A stretch of DNA of 64,000 bases, from contig CAWJPJ010000007.1 in the NCBI GenBank assembly GCA_963844715.1, forward strand, positions 672,001 to 736,000. The letters run 5' to 3'. Origin of the DNA: an uncultured Phycisphaerales bacterium. Its GTDB lineage: Bacteria; Planctomycetota; Phycisphaerae; Tepidisphaerales; Tepidisphaeraceae. Positions within the stretch are counted from its first letter, which is position 1. Every line of letters begins with the position of its first letter. This document shows positions 11,252-22,036 of the stretch, one piece after another. The notes beneath the pieces were generated by a model. That model saw only the letters and a list, made by a program, of their open reading frames with translations, was not told the DNA's origin and did not search any database. The position numbers were made by a program, and so were the translations under genes.

Positions 11252-11533
11252 GTGAATATTCGCTACCATGTGGATGACTCTGGTGACCCGCACATCTGGC
11301 GCCACAATGTCAGTGAGGCCGAAGTCATCGAGGCTCTGCGACAAGGGCTGGAGTCGATCAAAGGCCGGGAGGCGAGCATAATCGTCATTGGAAAAACGCG
11401 AGCAGGTCGGTATCTGAAGATTATTTAATCGCCGGATGACGTTGGCGATGGTATCTTCGTAGTAACCGCGTTCGACGTTCCGGCGAAACAGATTCGAGCG
11501 CCGAGACGGCGATTAAAGCGGAAATCATCATGA
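11252..11533 (+). pseudogene. BrnT/DUF4258-like toxin with an in-frame TAA at 11426-11428
   Basis: PHIWRHNVSEAEVIEAL...IGKTRAGRYLKII*SPDDVGDGIFVVTAFD; frame continues past the stop and overlaps the next ATG. Confidence 0.7.
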
Positions 11534-11763
11534 AACCGGTGAGACCACGAAAACCAGCCAGACGCCGCGACCCCAACCGATATCCAAAGGGCTGGAACCG
11601 AAAAAAAGTGCAGCGGGTCATCGCATATTACGAAAATCAGACGGACGACGAAGCGATTGCCGAGGTCGAGGCGGCGTACAAGGATGCTTCCACCACGATG
11701 ATGCAGATTCCCAACAAACTCGTTCCCGCCGTCGAAAAGCTCATCACTAAGCGCGCGGGCTGA
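11530..11763 (+). CDS. Putative cognate antitoxin
   Basis: YPKGWNRKKVQRVIAYYENQTDDEAIAE; ATGA overlap with the toxin. Confidence 0.65.
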   Translation: MKPVRPRKPARRRDPNRYPKGWNRKKVQRVIAYYENQTDDEAIAEVEAAYKDASTTMMQIPNKLVPAVEKLITKRAG

Positions 11764-11820
11764 ACTCCCCCTAACCCGCACGACCGTGAAGAACCGGCTA
11801 TGGGTAACTATTAATAAAAC

Positions 11821-12738
11821 TTACGCCGCGCCCGGCTGATTCACTCCGGTATCCGCCGGATCGGCGAGATTATTCGCTTGCCCGAGATTGGTCAGGCTGT
11901 ACTGAATCGCCTCCAGGTGCGTGCACAGGACCCCCATATCGTTCGGCCGGCGGGCTGGATTTGTGTGGCAGCAGTCCATGATCAAATTCGACAGGTTCTC
12001 CGGGATGCGCGGATTCAATTCCCGCGGCGAGGGGATGGCATCAGCCAATAGGAAGCTGTTCTGCGATTTCTTCAGCGTGAACAGCGTCGGCAGCTTTTTG
12101 CCGCTGAGAATGTTGTAGAACGTCGTGCCGAGGTTGTAGACGTCGGTCTGGATCGTCACCGGCTCGCGCTTGACTTGTTCGGGGGAAATGAAATCCGGCG
12201 TTCCCTGGATTCGCTTTTTGATTGTTCCGACGGGGCAAGCCTGTCCCAGATCAATCACTTTCACTTTTCCATCGGAATCGACCAGGATGTTATTGGGTTT
12301 CAGGTCGCAGTGGACGAAGCCCAATTGATGGAGAGCCTGCAGGCCCTGGGCGGTCTGGAAGATGATCTGGATGGTCGAGTCGATCGACTCGGGGGCGTGG
12401 GCCTCGCAGGAAACGCCTTCGACCATTTCGAGAATCAACGCCGCTTCCGTTGTTTTGCGGAGCAGGGTTTTGGTCACCTTCATGTCGATGCTGCGGCGGA
12501 GCAGGGGGTGCTGCACCTTGGAGCCGACTTCAAATTCAGTCATTAACTGATCGACGAAGCGCAAGTCTTTTTCGTTTTGGACGACGACGTGCTTGAGCGC
12601 ATAAAGCTGGCTCGTTACGGGGTCACTCACGGCGTAAATGGCGCTGCCGGCCCCTTCGCCGAGGGGCGCGATGACTTCGTACCCGTAGATCAGACGGGGC
12701 GTGCCGGGCCTCGAAATGGACGAAACAGCACTGGTCAT
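11821..12738 (-). CDS. Hanks-type Ser/Thr protein kinase
   Basis: LGEGAGS, YALK, HCDLKPNN, DLG, GTPDFISPEQ. Confidence 0.92.
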   Translation of the reverse strand: MTSAVSSISRPGTPRLIYGYEVIAPLGEGAGSAIYAVSDPVTSQLYALKHVVVQNEKDLRFVDQLMTEFEVGSKVQHPLLRRSIDMKVTKTLLRKTTEAALILEMVEGVSCEAHAPESIDSTIQIIFQTAQGLQALHQLGFVHCDLKPNNILVDSDGKVKVIDLGQACPVGTIKKRIQGTPDFISPEQVKREPVTIQTDVYNLGTTFYNILSGKKLPTLFTLKKSQNSFLLADAIPSPRELNPRIPENLSNLIMDCCHTNPARRPNDMGVLCTHLEAIQYSLTNLGQANNLADPADTGVNQPGAA

Positions 12739-12921
12739 CTTTGAAACACTATATGCGTGTCCCGTGGGGGTGGTTGCGTTACACCCTATTCTAATACGCC
12801 CGAAACCCGCTTGTATTTAGTGCAAGAATCGGTTTTGAGGGAAAATAGATAAAATGCGCGACCGTCGGGGTGGGTCTATTCCGATGGTGCGGCTTCCGGG
12901 GCGTTCCCGCGGCCGGTAAGA

Positions 12922-14434
12922 CTACTTTTTCCAAACCTTGCTTTTGAAGTCGGTTAGAAGCTGTTTGAGTTTCCCTTCCAGGTCGGCGGTCAATTCCTTT
13001 TTCTCGGCCAATTCCTTGCGGAATTCCGGGCCGCTGGCATCGATGTAGGAAAGGAACGCTTTTTGAAATTCCTGGATGCGCGACAGGGGCACATCGTCCA
13101 AATACCCCTGGGTGCCGGAATAAATAACCATGACTTCCTGCTCAAACGGGAAGGGGCCGTATTGCGGCTGCTTGAGCAATTCGACGAGTCTCGCACCGCG
13201 ATCGAGCTGCGATTGCGTGGCTTTGTCCAGTTCGGTTCCTAACTGTGAGAAGGCTTCCAATTCGCGATAGGCGGCCAAGTCGAGTCGCAAGGAGCCGGCG
13301 ATTTTTTTCATCGCCTTGGTCTGGGCATTTCCGCCGACGCGCGAGACGCTGATGCCGACGTTGATCGCGGGACGGACGCCGGCGAAGAAGAGATCGGGTT
13401 CGAGATAGATTTGTCCGTCTGTAATGCTGATAACGTTGGTGGGGATGTAAGCCGAGACTTCGCCTTCCTGAGTTTCGATGATTGGCAGGGCGGTCAGGCT
13501 GCCGCCGCCTTTTTCTTCGGAAAGCTTCACGGCGCGTTCGAGCAATCGGCTGTGCAAATAGAAGACGTCGCCGGGATATGCCTCGCGGCCGGGGGGGCGG
13601 CGAAGGAGAAGCGAAAGCTGGCGATACGCGGCCGCCTGCTTGCTCAGATCGTCATACACGCAGAGGGTCGCCTGCCCCTTCCACATGAAATATTCCGCCA
13701 TGGCGCAACCGGCGTAGGGGGCAATATATTGAACCGGGGCGGGGTCGCTGGCGCCGGCGACGATCACCGTGGTGTATTCCATCGCGCCGTGCGAGCGCAG
13801 AACGTCCACCACCTGTGCGACGCTCGATTCCTTTTGTCCGATGGCGACGTAGAAGCATTTTACGCCGGTGCCTTTTTGATTGATGATCGTGTCGAGTGCG
13901 ATGGCGGTTTTGCCGGTTTTGCGGTCGCCGATGATCAGTTCGCGCTGGCCGCGGCCGATGGGGATCATGGCGTCGATCGCCTTGATGCCGGTTTGGAGGG
14001 GCTCCTTCACGGGCTGCCGCTCGGCGATGCCGGGGGCGACGATGTCCATCTTGCGCGATTCGGTGGAGTTAACCGGCGGGCCGCCGTCGATCGGCTGGCC
14101 GAGGGGATTGAGGACGCGGCCCACGACTCCGTCGCCGACGGGCACTTCGAGCAGGCGGCCGGTGCGTCTTGACGGTGTCGCCTTCCTTAATCGTCAGATA
14201 GTTCCCGAAGATGACGGCGCCGATGGAGTCTTCCTCGAGGTTGAAGACCTGGCCCATGGTTCCGTTTTCGAATTCGAGCAATTCGCCGGCCATGGCGTTG
14301 CGCAGACCGTAAATGCGGGCGATGCCGTCGCCGACTTCGATGACGGTGCCGACCTCGTTGATCTGAAGCCGCTGCTCGAACCCGGCGATCTCTTTCTTCA
14401 GAACACTGGTGATTTCGGTGACATTGATGGCCAT
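12922..14434 (-). CDS. atpA: F1F0 ATP synthase subunit alpha (frameshift near 14165)
   Basis: [48 protein letters not shown]. Confidence 0.96.
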
Positions 14435-14456
14435 TGTTTAGCTCGCTGAAAATCTT

Positions 14457-15016
14457 TTAGTTAGGTTTAGCCGCCAGGAGGCGGTGGCGCATTGCCTGAA
14501 GCTGGGCTCGGACGCTGCCGTCGATGAGCTGGTCCTGCACGCGCAGGATGATCCCGCCGATGATGGTCGGGTCGGTGTATTCGTGGACGACGGCGTCGTG
14601 CTTGAGCGCCGCGCCGACTTTCTGGCGAACCGATTCCAACTGTTCCTTCGCCAGCGGCTGGGCGACGGTGACATCCACTTCGACTTTTCCCTGCTGCTGA
14701 TCGAGCAGATCGTCGTAGGCTCCGGCGATCCCCGCCAGATGATCGAGGCGATTTTCTCATTCAGCAGGAGGAGGGCATCGACCAGCAACTTGGAAGCGCG
14801 GCCGGCGAAGACGTTGTGGATGAGCTTGGCGCGTTCCTCGTTGCCGATGGCGGGGTCGGCGAGGACTTCGCCGAAATTGGGGACGGTATCGAGAAGCTGG
14901 CGCAGATCGCGCAGCTCCTGTCCGAGCGCCCCGGCGGTGTTGCTCTCGTTCGCCAGTTCGAGCAGAGCCTCGGCGTATGCCTTGGCCACGGGTGATTGGT
15001 GATTGTCCCTGTGCAT
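14457..15016 (-). CDS. atpH: ATP synthase subunit delta (frameshift near 14755)
   Basis: VAKAYAEALLE; DPTIIGGIILRVQDQLIDGSV. Confidence 0.92.
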
Positions 15017-15022
15017 AGTCGC

Positions 15023-15550
15023 CTATTGCCGGCCGATCGACTGCATCTCTTGAAGACTTTGCGAAACCAGATCGCGCTGATCGTTTGCGTTGAGGTTCCG
15101 GCGGATGATCTTTTCGGCGACCTTCGTCGCCAGATCGGCCGCCTGCTCGTAAATCTCGGAGATGGCGACCCGCTTGGCGGCGTCGATTTCCTTGGTGGCG
15201 CGTTCCTTGGCCTCCTCGGCCTCCTGCTGCGCCTTCATCCGGATATTGGTGGCGATGCGCTCGGCGTCGACGGCCGCTTGCGTGAGGAGATCGCGGACCT
15301 TCTGCTCGGCCGTGGCAAGCTGCGCGGAGTATTGAGCGAGGGTCTGCTCGCTCTTGAGCCGCACGGCTTCGGCGTCGGCGATGTCCTTGCGGATGCGCGC
15401 CTCGCGGGCTTTCAGGCCCGCCAGGACGTTCTTCCACGCCGTTCGGTAGAGGATGATCGCGACGACCAGAAATATCCCCAGCACCCAGAGCATGGATGCC
15501 GGGTCGAAGTCGAGCAATTCACCGTCGGCCAGAGGCAATAAATGTGGCAT
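15023..15550 (-). CDS. atpF: ATP synthase subunit b
   Basis: N-terminal TM, AWKNVLAGLKAREARI, long helical body, operon position. Confidence 0.92.
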   Translation of the reverse strand: MPHLLPLADGELLDFDPASMLWVLGIFLVVAIILYRTAWKNVLAGLKAREARIRKDIADAEAVRLKSEQTLAQYSAQLATAEQKVRDLLTQAAVDAERIATNIRMKAQQEAEEAKERATKEIDAAKRVAISEIYEQAADLATKVAEKIIRRNLNANDQRDLVSQSLQEMQSIGRQ

Positions 15551-15568
15551 GGGGAAATTCCGGCTGGA

Positions 15569-15840
15569 TTACAGTTTCAGCGCCAGCACGAGGGCGAAGA
15601 CGACGGCGGCGAAGGCGACGCCTTCGACGAGTGCGGCGGCGATCAGCATGTTCGTGCCGATGCGGCCGGCGGCTTCGGGCTGCCGGGCGATGCCTTCGCA
15701 GGCCTGCCCGCCGATTTGACCGATACCGCGGCCCGCGCCGATGACGGCCAGTCCCATTCCGATGGCAGCGCCACCGACGCCCAATCCCTTGTCGGAGATC
15801 AGGGCGCCGCCTGCGCCAATACGTTTGCAAGTTCCAACAT
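15569..15840 (-). CDS. atpE: ATP synthase subunit c (frameshift near N-terminus), probably H+-coupled
   Basis: GAGRGIG, ARQPEAAG, AALVEGVA; no Na+ signature Gln/Ser-Thr. Confidence 0.92.
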
Positions 15841-15949
15841 GATCGACTCCTTTTGGCGGGCAATTCGCCCGCACCTTATGTATGCCGACGTTTTGTTTGG
15901 GAAGGCCCGGTCGTCGGCGAAACCGGGGAGGTCCATCGTGATTGTTCCG

Positions 15950-17072
15950 TCAATGTTCCGGGGCCACGGCGCTGGCGATAAACAGCGTCGTCAAAAATGT
16001 GAAGATGTACGCCTGTAGCACCGCAACGAAAAGTTCGAGAAATTGAATCGACAGATGCAAGGCTCCCAGCGGCACGCCCACGGCAAACTGCGCCCACAAG
16101 ACCGGCATACCGACGATCAGGCTGATCAGCACCGCGAGCACCACGTGGCCGGCAACCATGTTGGCGAACAAACGCATGCAGAGCGCGAATGGCTTGATCA
16201 CCGCGCCGATCAGTTCCAGCACAAGCAGGAACAGGAAAAACGGGACGTCGATAAACCATTTCGCTTTCGATTCGCCGGGTTGCGGCTTGAAGGGGTGCGG
16301 CGCGAAGTTCCATAAATACAGCGGGATCGCCAGAAGGATCGCGAAGGCCGGCGTGATCTTCTTCTGTTCTTTTTCGTAATAATCGAGCGCCGGCTTCCTC
16401 ATGATACCGGGGATCGCGGGGGTAATCACCATCGGCGTAATGCCGGATAGGGTCCGTCAACGCCTTCGGGTCGGCGGGGATGTCCGCCGGAAGGGCTTCG
16501 CCGCGCATGTGCTCCATATCGATCGCGGCTTCGTGCGGCGGATGGCCGTCACTGGAATGCTCGTCGTGATGCCCATGCTGGCCGTAGGTTCCCTCCATCA
16601 GGGCCCGGGCGATGGTGTCGATCCCGTGGAAATGGATGAAGAAGAAAGCGCACAGTGCGAGCGTTGCGGTGGTGTTGATCGATCCCGTCGCGGTGCCGCC
16701 GAGGTGTTTCACGTGGCCGAGGGTGATCAACTCGAAGAATTCCGTGAACGGTATGCATCCGAGGACATTGCAGAACCCGATGAAGAAGAAAACCGTCCAA
16801 AGGAACGGCACGAATTTGTCCGTGTGCTCCTTGAGGGCGGGGCGGAAGACCTCGATGCGCATGAATTCCAGGATCGATTCGAAGAAATTCTTCGCCCCTG
16901 TCGGCGCGGAGCTGTCGGGCCGGGGAAACAATTTCGGGAAGATCAGGAGCATCAGCCCGCCGGCGACGAGAGCCATCAGGCTCTGATTCGTGAACCAGGT
17001 TAGATGGTCCCCGAATATCGGGTGGGGGAGCACATGCTCCATGGGATCGGCGGCGGCGAGAAGGAAGGTCAT
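15950..17072 (-). CDS. atpB: ATP synthase subunit a with His-rich insertion (frameshift near 16390)
   Basis: PFLWTVFFFIGFCNVLG; IKPFALCMRLFANMVAGH; ELFVAVLQAYIF. Confidence 0.93.
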
Positions 17073-17073
17073 A

Positions 17074-17469
17074 TTACGATTGCGTCCCGGCCGAGCCGAT
17101 GTGAGTCAATATCAAGCGCCTGAGTTCCACAACCAGCGTGATCAGCGAAACCCAGTAAGCGCTCAGAAGCCAGAAGACGAACGATAGCCGCGCGGCGACG
17201 ACGTGCGTTCCGATCGCGGCTCCCGCCAGGGCGCTGGCGGCAAAGAGATGCAGTACGGTTCCGACCAGCGCCATCTGGAAGATGGAGGTCAGGTCGTTTC
17301 GGCGCATCCGCATGAGCGGCAGCACGCCGAGGAGTCCGGCAGCGCTACAGATGATCGCGGCGCTGACCGGCTCAAGCGGATTGATCCGCACGCCCGCGCC
17401 CGCGAGGGCGGCCCACGCGAGCGCCATCGCCAACACGACAATCAGCGGAATGGCCAACAGCGACTTCAT
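17074..17469 (-). CDS. Four-TM AtpI-like membrane protein
   Basis: Hydrophobic ORF directly upstream of atpB. Confidence 0.6.
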   Translation of the reverse strand: MKSLLAIPLIVVLAMALAWAALAGAGVRINPLEPVSAAIICSAAGLLGVLPLMRMRRNDLTSIFQMALVGTVLHLFAASALAGAAIGTHVVAARLSFVFWLLSAYWVSLITLVVELRRLILTHIGSAGTQS

Positions 17470-17511
17470 CTCTTCCCAAACGTGCCTGTTGAAATCGATC
17501 CCCGGCGGAGA

Positions 17512-17721
17512 TCAGTTCTTGTTTGCTTTAATGGCTTCCTTAATCAGCAGGTAAAACCCCGCGCCGAAGCCGAGGCAACTGCCGACCAGCATGCCCCAGG
17601 GGCTGCTGTGAAATTTTCCGTCGACCCAATAGCCGACCAGGACGCCCAAACCAACGCCCGCGGCGATTTCCAAGCCAGCCGAGGCGAATTTCGCCCAATT
17701 GCTATCGTCCGGCTTGGGCAT
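17512..17721 (-). CDS. AtpZ/AtpI family protein
   Basis: GLEIAAGVGLGVLVGYWVDGKFHSSPWGMLVG. Confidence 0.85.
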   Translation of the reverse strand: MPKPDDSNWAKFASAGLEIAAGVGLGVLVGYWVDGKFHSSPWGMLVGSCLGFGAGFYLLIKEAIKANKN

Positions 17722-17864
17722 CGAAAAAGCTCCATAGGCAAACCGGCGCAGCATTTTGCACAATGCCCATGTGCCTGCAAGCCGGGCGGGTAAATTAGTG
17801 GCGCGGTTCCGCCCGGTCAAGCTCGAACCCTTTCATCGCGGGTTAATTGGCTTACACTTTGGCG

Positions 17865-19751
17865 ATGGGCCACTCGCCCGGGCGGAGGATCGGACTGGGG
17901 TTGCTGCTGCTTCTGGCGGCGGGCATTTTCGCCGCGGGGATCGACTGGGGTCTGCCTTCCTCAAGTCTCGATGCGTGGCTCTGTCCGCCCAGCTCCATAT
18001 CCGCCGATTCCACGCAGCTTTTCACACTTTCCGGAGCGGGCATCGAACACCTGGCCGGTAGCTGGCAGGAGGATGCCGATCGGGGGTCGGACGTCGCCCA
18101 GCATCCGATTTCGAGTCGGTCTGAGCCTGTTGTGCTGATCGAGAATCGAAGGGGCCTCTCAGAGCAGCAGATTCTTGATTCTGGAGATGCCCCGCTGGCC
18201 GGTTTGGTCAAACAACAGGAAGCGGCTCAGAACCTAGCGGATAAATACGGCGCCGATCCAAATGCCCGCGCTTCAAAATTGCACGATGCCGAGATTGCAT
18301 TAACGCAAGCTGGCGACGCTGTTCGGCAATATGTCGACCGCCATAACGCCGACCACTTTCCCGGCCTGACGGAGTCGATTAAGCAGGATCAGATCAACCG
18401 GGCCCGGATCCTTCGCCGCTATCGGCTCTACAGCAACCAGCCTGATGAAATGATCACGTTCCGAGCCCTGGCGCAGATGCATCCCGGCGCCGGGGATTTC
18501 GATCCGCGGCTTTACCAATACGGGGGCTTATGGATCTACCCTGTCGGCGGGTTGCTCAAAGGCCTGAGCTTCATCGGCGTGGTGACGGTCAGCAACGATA
18601 CGACGTACTATCTCGATCACCCGGAAGCGTTCGCTCGTTTTTATATCGTCGCCCGCGCCTATTCCGCCGCATGGGGGCTTGTGGGGGTGCTGGCGATCTT
18701 TTCGCTGGCGCGGCGATTCACGAAAAGCGACGTCCTCGCCGTGGCCGCGGCCATTTGCTTCATCACGATGCCGGTTGTGATCGATCTGGCGCACGAGGCC
18801 AAGCCGCATTTGCCGGGGGCCGTATTGTTGCTCCTGGCGATTTTGGCTGGATGCAAATACGTGGACGCCGGCAAAGCGCGGTGGTGGATTTTCGCTTCCG
18901 TACTCGCGGGGGCGGCGGGGGGGATGATCCTTTCGGATTGCGTTGCGTTGCTGGTCATACCGGCCATGGTCATCGCGCGGCGCGATAAAGCGGGCCGGGC
19001 GAGCGCGATCTGCATCGCCGGCATTCTCATCGCGGCTCTGGTTTATTTCGCGAGCAATCCTTATGTGGCGATTCATTTGCTTGGGGATCGAAAAGTCTTG
19101 ATTTCCAATCTGGGCAACAGCCGGGCGATGTACGGATTTGGAGGATCGCTCGATTTCGTTCGGCTGCTCGCGATCGGGACCGGCGCACCTTTGGCGATCG
19201 CCGGGATTTTGGGTTTGCTTATTATTCGCAAGCGCGGGGCCGGATGGATTCTGGCGGTGCCCGCGCTTGGGGCGACAATTTTGTTCGCGATGGGAGCGGC
19301 GGGAAAGCCGGGGGAGTACGCGCGATTCGCGCTGGTACCGGATATCGCGCTCATACTCGCGGCCATTGGCGCGATCGCCCGCATAACCGATTTTCCGCCG
19401 GCGCGATTGGCCGCTTGTTTCGTGCTGATCGTCCTGACGGAAATTTATGGCCTTTCTTACCAGCACGGTTTCCTGCAAGACGTTTCCCGGGCTCAGGCCG
19501 CGAACCGGCTGATTAAAATGGTTCAATCCGAGGCGACCAATCGCACTTTAAGTTTGGCTGTTTACTCCGAGCCCGCGCCGTATTGCCTGCCGCCGGTTGA
19601 TTTATTCCGGTGGAAGATCGTGCTCTTGCCAAAAGATGCCGAAGCGGCCGGATACGACGTTTCGATCCGGCCGGATCAGACGTTCAGCGTCTGGGACCCC
19701 CGATGCACACCCATCAGTTGGGCGAACAAGCCGTTCGTGCTATCCTTCTGA
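17865..19751 (+). CDS. GT-C fold membrane glycosyltransferase (ArnT/PMT-like)
   Basis: GIDWGLP, QPDE, DFDPRLYQYGG, LAHEAKPH; many TM helices. Confidence 0.75.
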   Translation: MGHSPGRRIGLGLLLLLAAGIFAAGIDWGLPSSSLDAWLCPPSSISADSTQLFTLSGAGIEHLAGSWQEDADRGSDVAQHPISSRSEPVVLIENRRGLSEQQILDSGDAPLAGLVKQQEAAQNLADKYGADPNARASKLHDAEIALTQAGDAVRQYVDRHNADHFPGLTESIKQDQINRARILRRYRLYSNQPDEMITFRALAQMHPGAGDFDPRLYQYGGLWIYPVGGLLKGLSFIGVVTVSNDTTYYLDHPEAFARFYIVARAYSAAWGLVGVLAIFSLARRFTKSDVLAVAAAICFITMPVVIDLAHEAKPHLPGAVLLLLAILAGCKYVDAGKARWWIFASVLAGAAGGMILSDCVALLVIPAMVIARRDKAGRASAICIAGILIAALVYFASNPYVAIHLLGDRKVLISNLGNSRAMYGFGGSLDFVRLLAIGTGAPLAIAGILGLLIIRKRGAGWILAVPALGATILFAMGAAGKPGEYARFALVPDIALILAAIGAIARITDFPPARLAACFVLIVLTEIYGLSYQHGFLQDVSRAQAANRLIKMVQSEATNRTLSLAVYSEPAPYCLPPVDLFRWKIVLLPKDAEAAGYDVSIRPDQTFSVWDPRCTPISWANKPFVLSF

Positions 19752-19754
19752 TTG

Positions 19755-20222
19755 ATGAACGGCGTCACCACCGCCATCCTTCTCTACATTTTTCTTGCCG
19801 TCGCATTCCCATTCCTGGCCAAGAATAAGCCTCAGTTTTACGGCGCACTCGCCGCCGTGCTGGTCATTATTTTCCTGGACGCTATTTCCCATGTGGCGCA
19901 CAGCGATGCTTTTTCGGCGTTCACGTATTTCATGGCCGCGATGATGCAGATTGGGGCGGTGGTTCTCCTGGTGCTTTCGGCCGGGGGGATGAGTCCGAAG
20001 GATTTCAAGAAAGAGATCGGGGACGTGATCGAGGTTGTCCGGCGCGGCGAATCGGAAAAAGAGGTGATCATTCCTCTGCGCGGTTCGCAGCGCCCGGCGG
20101 ACGCGGGCGGGGGAGAAGCTCCGCAAAAGGTGTACAAAATCGACGACCCGAAGGCGCCCCCGGCGAAAAAACCGGCGGCTCCTTCCACGCCCGATTCACA
20201 GGGGCCGCTCCCTTTGTCATGA
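19755..20222 (+). CDS. Hypothetical three-TM protein with Pro-rich tail
   Basis: ORF follows the GT-C gene by 3 bp. Confidence 0.65.
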   Translation: MNGVTTAILLYIFLAVAFPFLAKNKPQFYGALAAVLVIIFLDAISHVAHSDAFSAFTYFMAAMMQIGAVVLLVLSAGGMSPKDFKKEIGDVIEVVRRGESEKEVIIPLRGSQRPADAGGGEAPQKVYKIDDPKAPPAKKPAAPSTPDSQGPLPLS

Positions 20223-20327
20223 ACCCGATATTTGGCGGGGCGGACGGATGGCGTTTACAATGGGTCCGGCGGCCGAGATGTCGCGGTCCTGGCGACGCGC
20301 CTTGATTTCTCCGGCAGCTCTTGAGGA

Positions 20328-22016
20328 GTGACGATGTCGTCAGCCGCTCTGGCAGCAATTCAACTCGGCAGCTACATCAATCCGTGGAAGGTGTTGGCGG
20401 CCGTCATCATTCTTTTTATCTGGGCGCGAGTTCTGACGTGGATCGACAAGGACACCCATGTCGCGCGGCTCTCCCGCGAAATCATCAACAGCGCAATGCT
20501 AGCCGGTTTGGTCCTCGGTTATCTGCTATTTTTCCTGCTCCCCGGTTTTGCGCCCGCGCTGGTGGCGCTGATCGCGATCTTCTTGATCTGCAATACCTTG
20601 TACGGCGTGCTGCGAGCGAGATCGGTCGGCCTCGACGATCTTGCCAATCGTTTTAAGAGCATGCGTGGGCGGATGTTTCGCAAAGGCCAGCCGCGCGAGG
20701 TGAAAGCGGCGACCGGGCAACTGCTCCTGCTCACCAATAAAGGCGCCGCCCAGGCCCCGCCCGAGGAGGGTTCGCCGGACCGCATGCAGTTCGACGCGGC
20801 TCAGCAATTGCTCACCAAGCCCCTGCGCTTTGGCGCCGAGCGGCTGGATTTGACCGCCGGCGAGATGGCGTCCGTTGCTTATATGGTGGACGGCGTCCGC
20901 TACGAAGGCGATCCCATGGACCGGAACAAAGCCGGTGCGGCGGTTCAATACATCAAGCGCGTCGCCGGCCTCGATATGATGGAGCACCGCAAACCCCAGA
21001 CGGGAACCTTCCGAACCCTTTTGGACGGCCAGCGGCATGAGATCCAGATCACGACGTTCGGCAGCGCCGCCGGCGAGTCCATGCGACTGATCTCCGATCC
21101 GCGAACCCGGCACGACTTCAAACTCGAATCCCTCGGGTTCAGCGATGAGCAACTCGCGGCGGTGCAAAATCTGATGATCGATCCCGGGGGCGTCGTTCTT
21201 CTCGCCACGCCGCCGGGGCACGGGCTGACGAGCCTCGAGTATGCCCTGGTGCGGGGGCACGACGCGTTCATGTATCACGTGCACACCGTCGAACGCGGGC
21301 CCGAATTGGAATTGGAGGGGATCACCCAGAATAAGCTCCCGCATAACGTCAATCCGGCGGAAGAGGCCAAGCAGGTCGGATGGGTCATCAGCCAGGAGCC
21401 GGACGTTATGCTCGTCGGCATGGTGGATGATGCGCGGGTCGCGCAGGACCTGGCGCGGTACGCCTCGGAATCGCATCGTATTTACGCCGGTATGCGCGCG
21501 ATCAATACGTTTGATGCCATCGCCCACTGGCGGAAGCTCATCGGCGACGACGAACTGGCCATTTCCCAGTTGAAAATGGTCATCGCGGGGCGCCTGGTTC
21601 GCCGGCTCTGCGCGGCGTGCAAAATGGGATACACCCCTGATCCGAATCAGCTTCGCAAACTGAACATGGACCCGGCTACGGTCGTCAAGCTCTACGCCGC
21701 GCGCAAGGAGCCGATGCGCGATGCCAAGGGAAACGTCGTTCCGTGCACTTTTTGCCAGGACCTGGCGTTCCAGGGACGTTTCGGGGTCTATGAAGTTTTT
21801 ATCATCGACGACGAAGTCCGCCAGGTGGTTCGCTCCGGCGGGACCGACAACCAGCTCAAGCAGGTTTTCCGAAAACAGCAGGGCCGCCTGCTACAGGAGA
21901 TGGCCCTGGCGCATGTACAGGTTGGGGAAACCAGCGTGGAGGAAGTTTTAAGGGTGCTGCGCGGCGATTCGCATCGTCCCGCTCCCCCCCAGCGCATCGT
22001 TAGGATTGCCGGCTGA
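20328..22016 (+). CDS. Membrane-anchored degenerate GspE/PulE/PilB-family ATPase
   Basis: LDMMEHRKPQTG, GESMRL, RLVRRLCAAC...CTFC, GRFGVYEV, GETSVEEVLRV; Walker motifs degenerate; three N-terminal TMs. Confidence 0.85.
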   Translation: MTMSSAALAAIQLGSYINPWKVLAAVIILFIWARVLTWIDKDTHVARLSREIINSAMLAGLVLGYLLFFLLPGFAPALVALIAIFLICNTLYGVLRARSVGLDDLANRFKSMRGRMFRKGQPREVKAATGQLLLLTNKGAAQAPPEEGSPDRMQFDAAQQLLTKPLRFGAERLDLTAGEMASVAYMVDGVRYEGDPMDRNKAGAAVQYIKRVAGLDMMEHRKPQTGTFRTLLDGQRHEIQITTFGSAAGESMRLISDPRTRHDFKLESLGFSDEQLAAVQNLMIDPGGVVLLATPPGHGLTSLEYALVRGHDAFMYHVHTVERGPELELEGITQNKLPHNVNPAEEAKQVGWVISQEPDVMLVGMVDDARVAQDLARYASESHRIYAGMRAINTFDAIAHWRKLIGDDELAISQLKMVIAGRLVRRLCAACKMGYTPDPNQLRKLNMDPATVVKLYAARKEPMRDAKGNVVPCTFCQDLAFQGRFGVYEVFIIDDEVRQVVRSGGTDNQLKQVFRKQQGRLLQEMALAHVQVGETSVEEVLRVLRGDSHRPAPPQRIVRIAG

Positions 22017-22036
22017 CGACCGGCGGAGTGTAGGTC

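Noticed and set aside
12922..17072. Programmed frameshifting or pseudogenisation in ATP synthase and other housekeeping genes
   Set aside because: No shared slippery motif; the genes are essential and otherwise conserved; sequencing error is simpler
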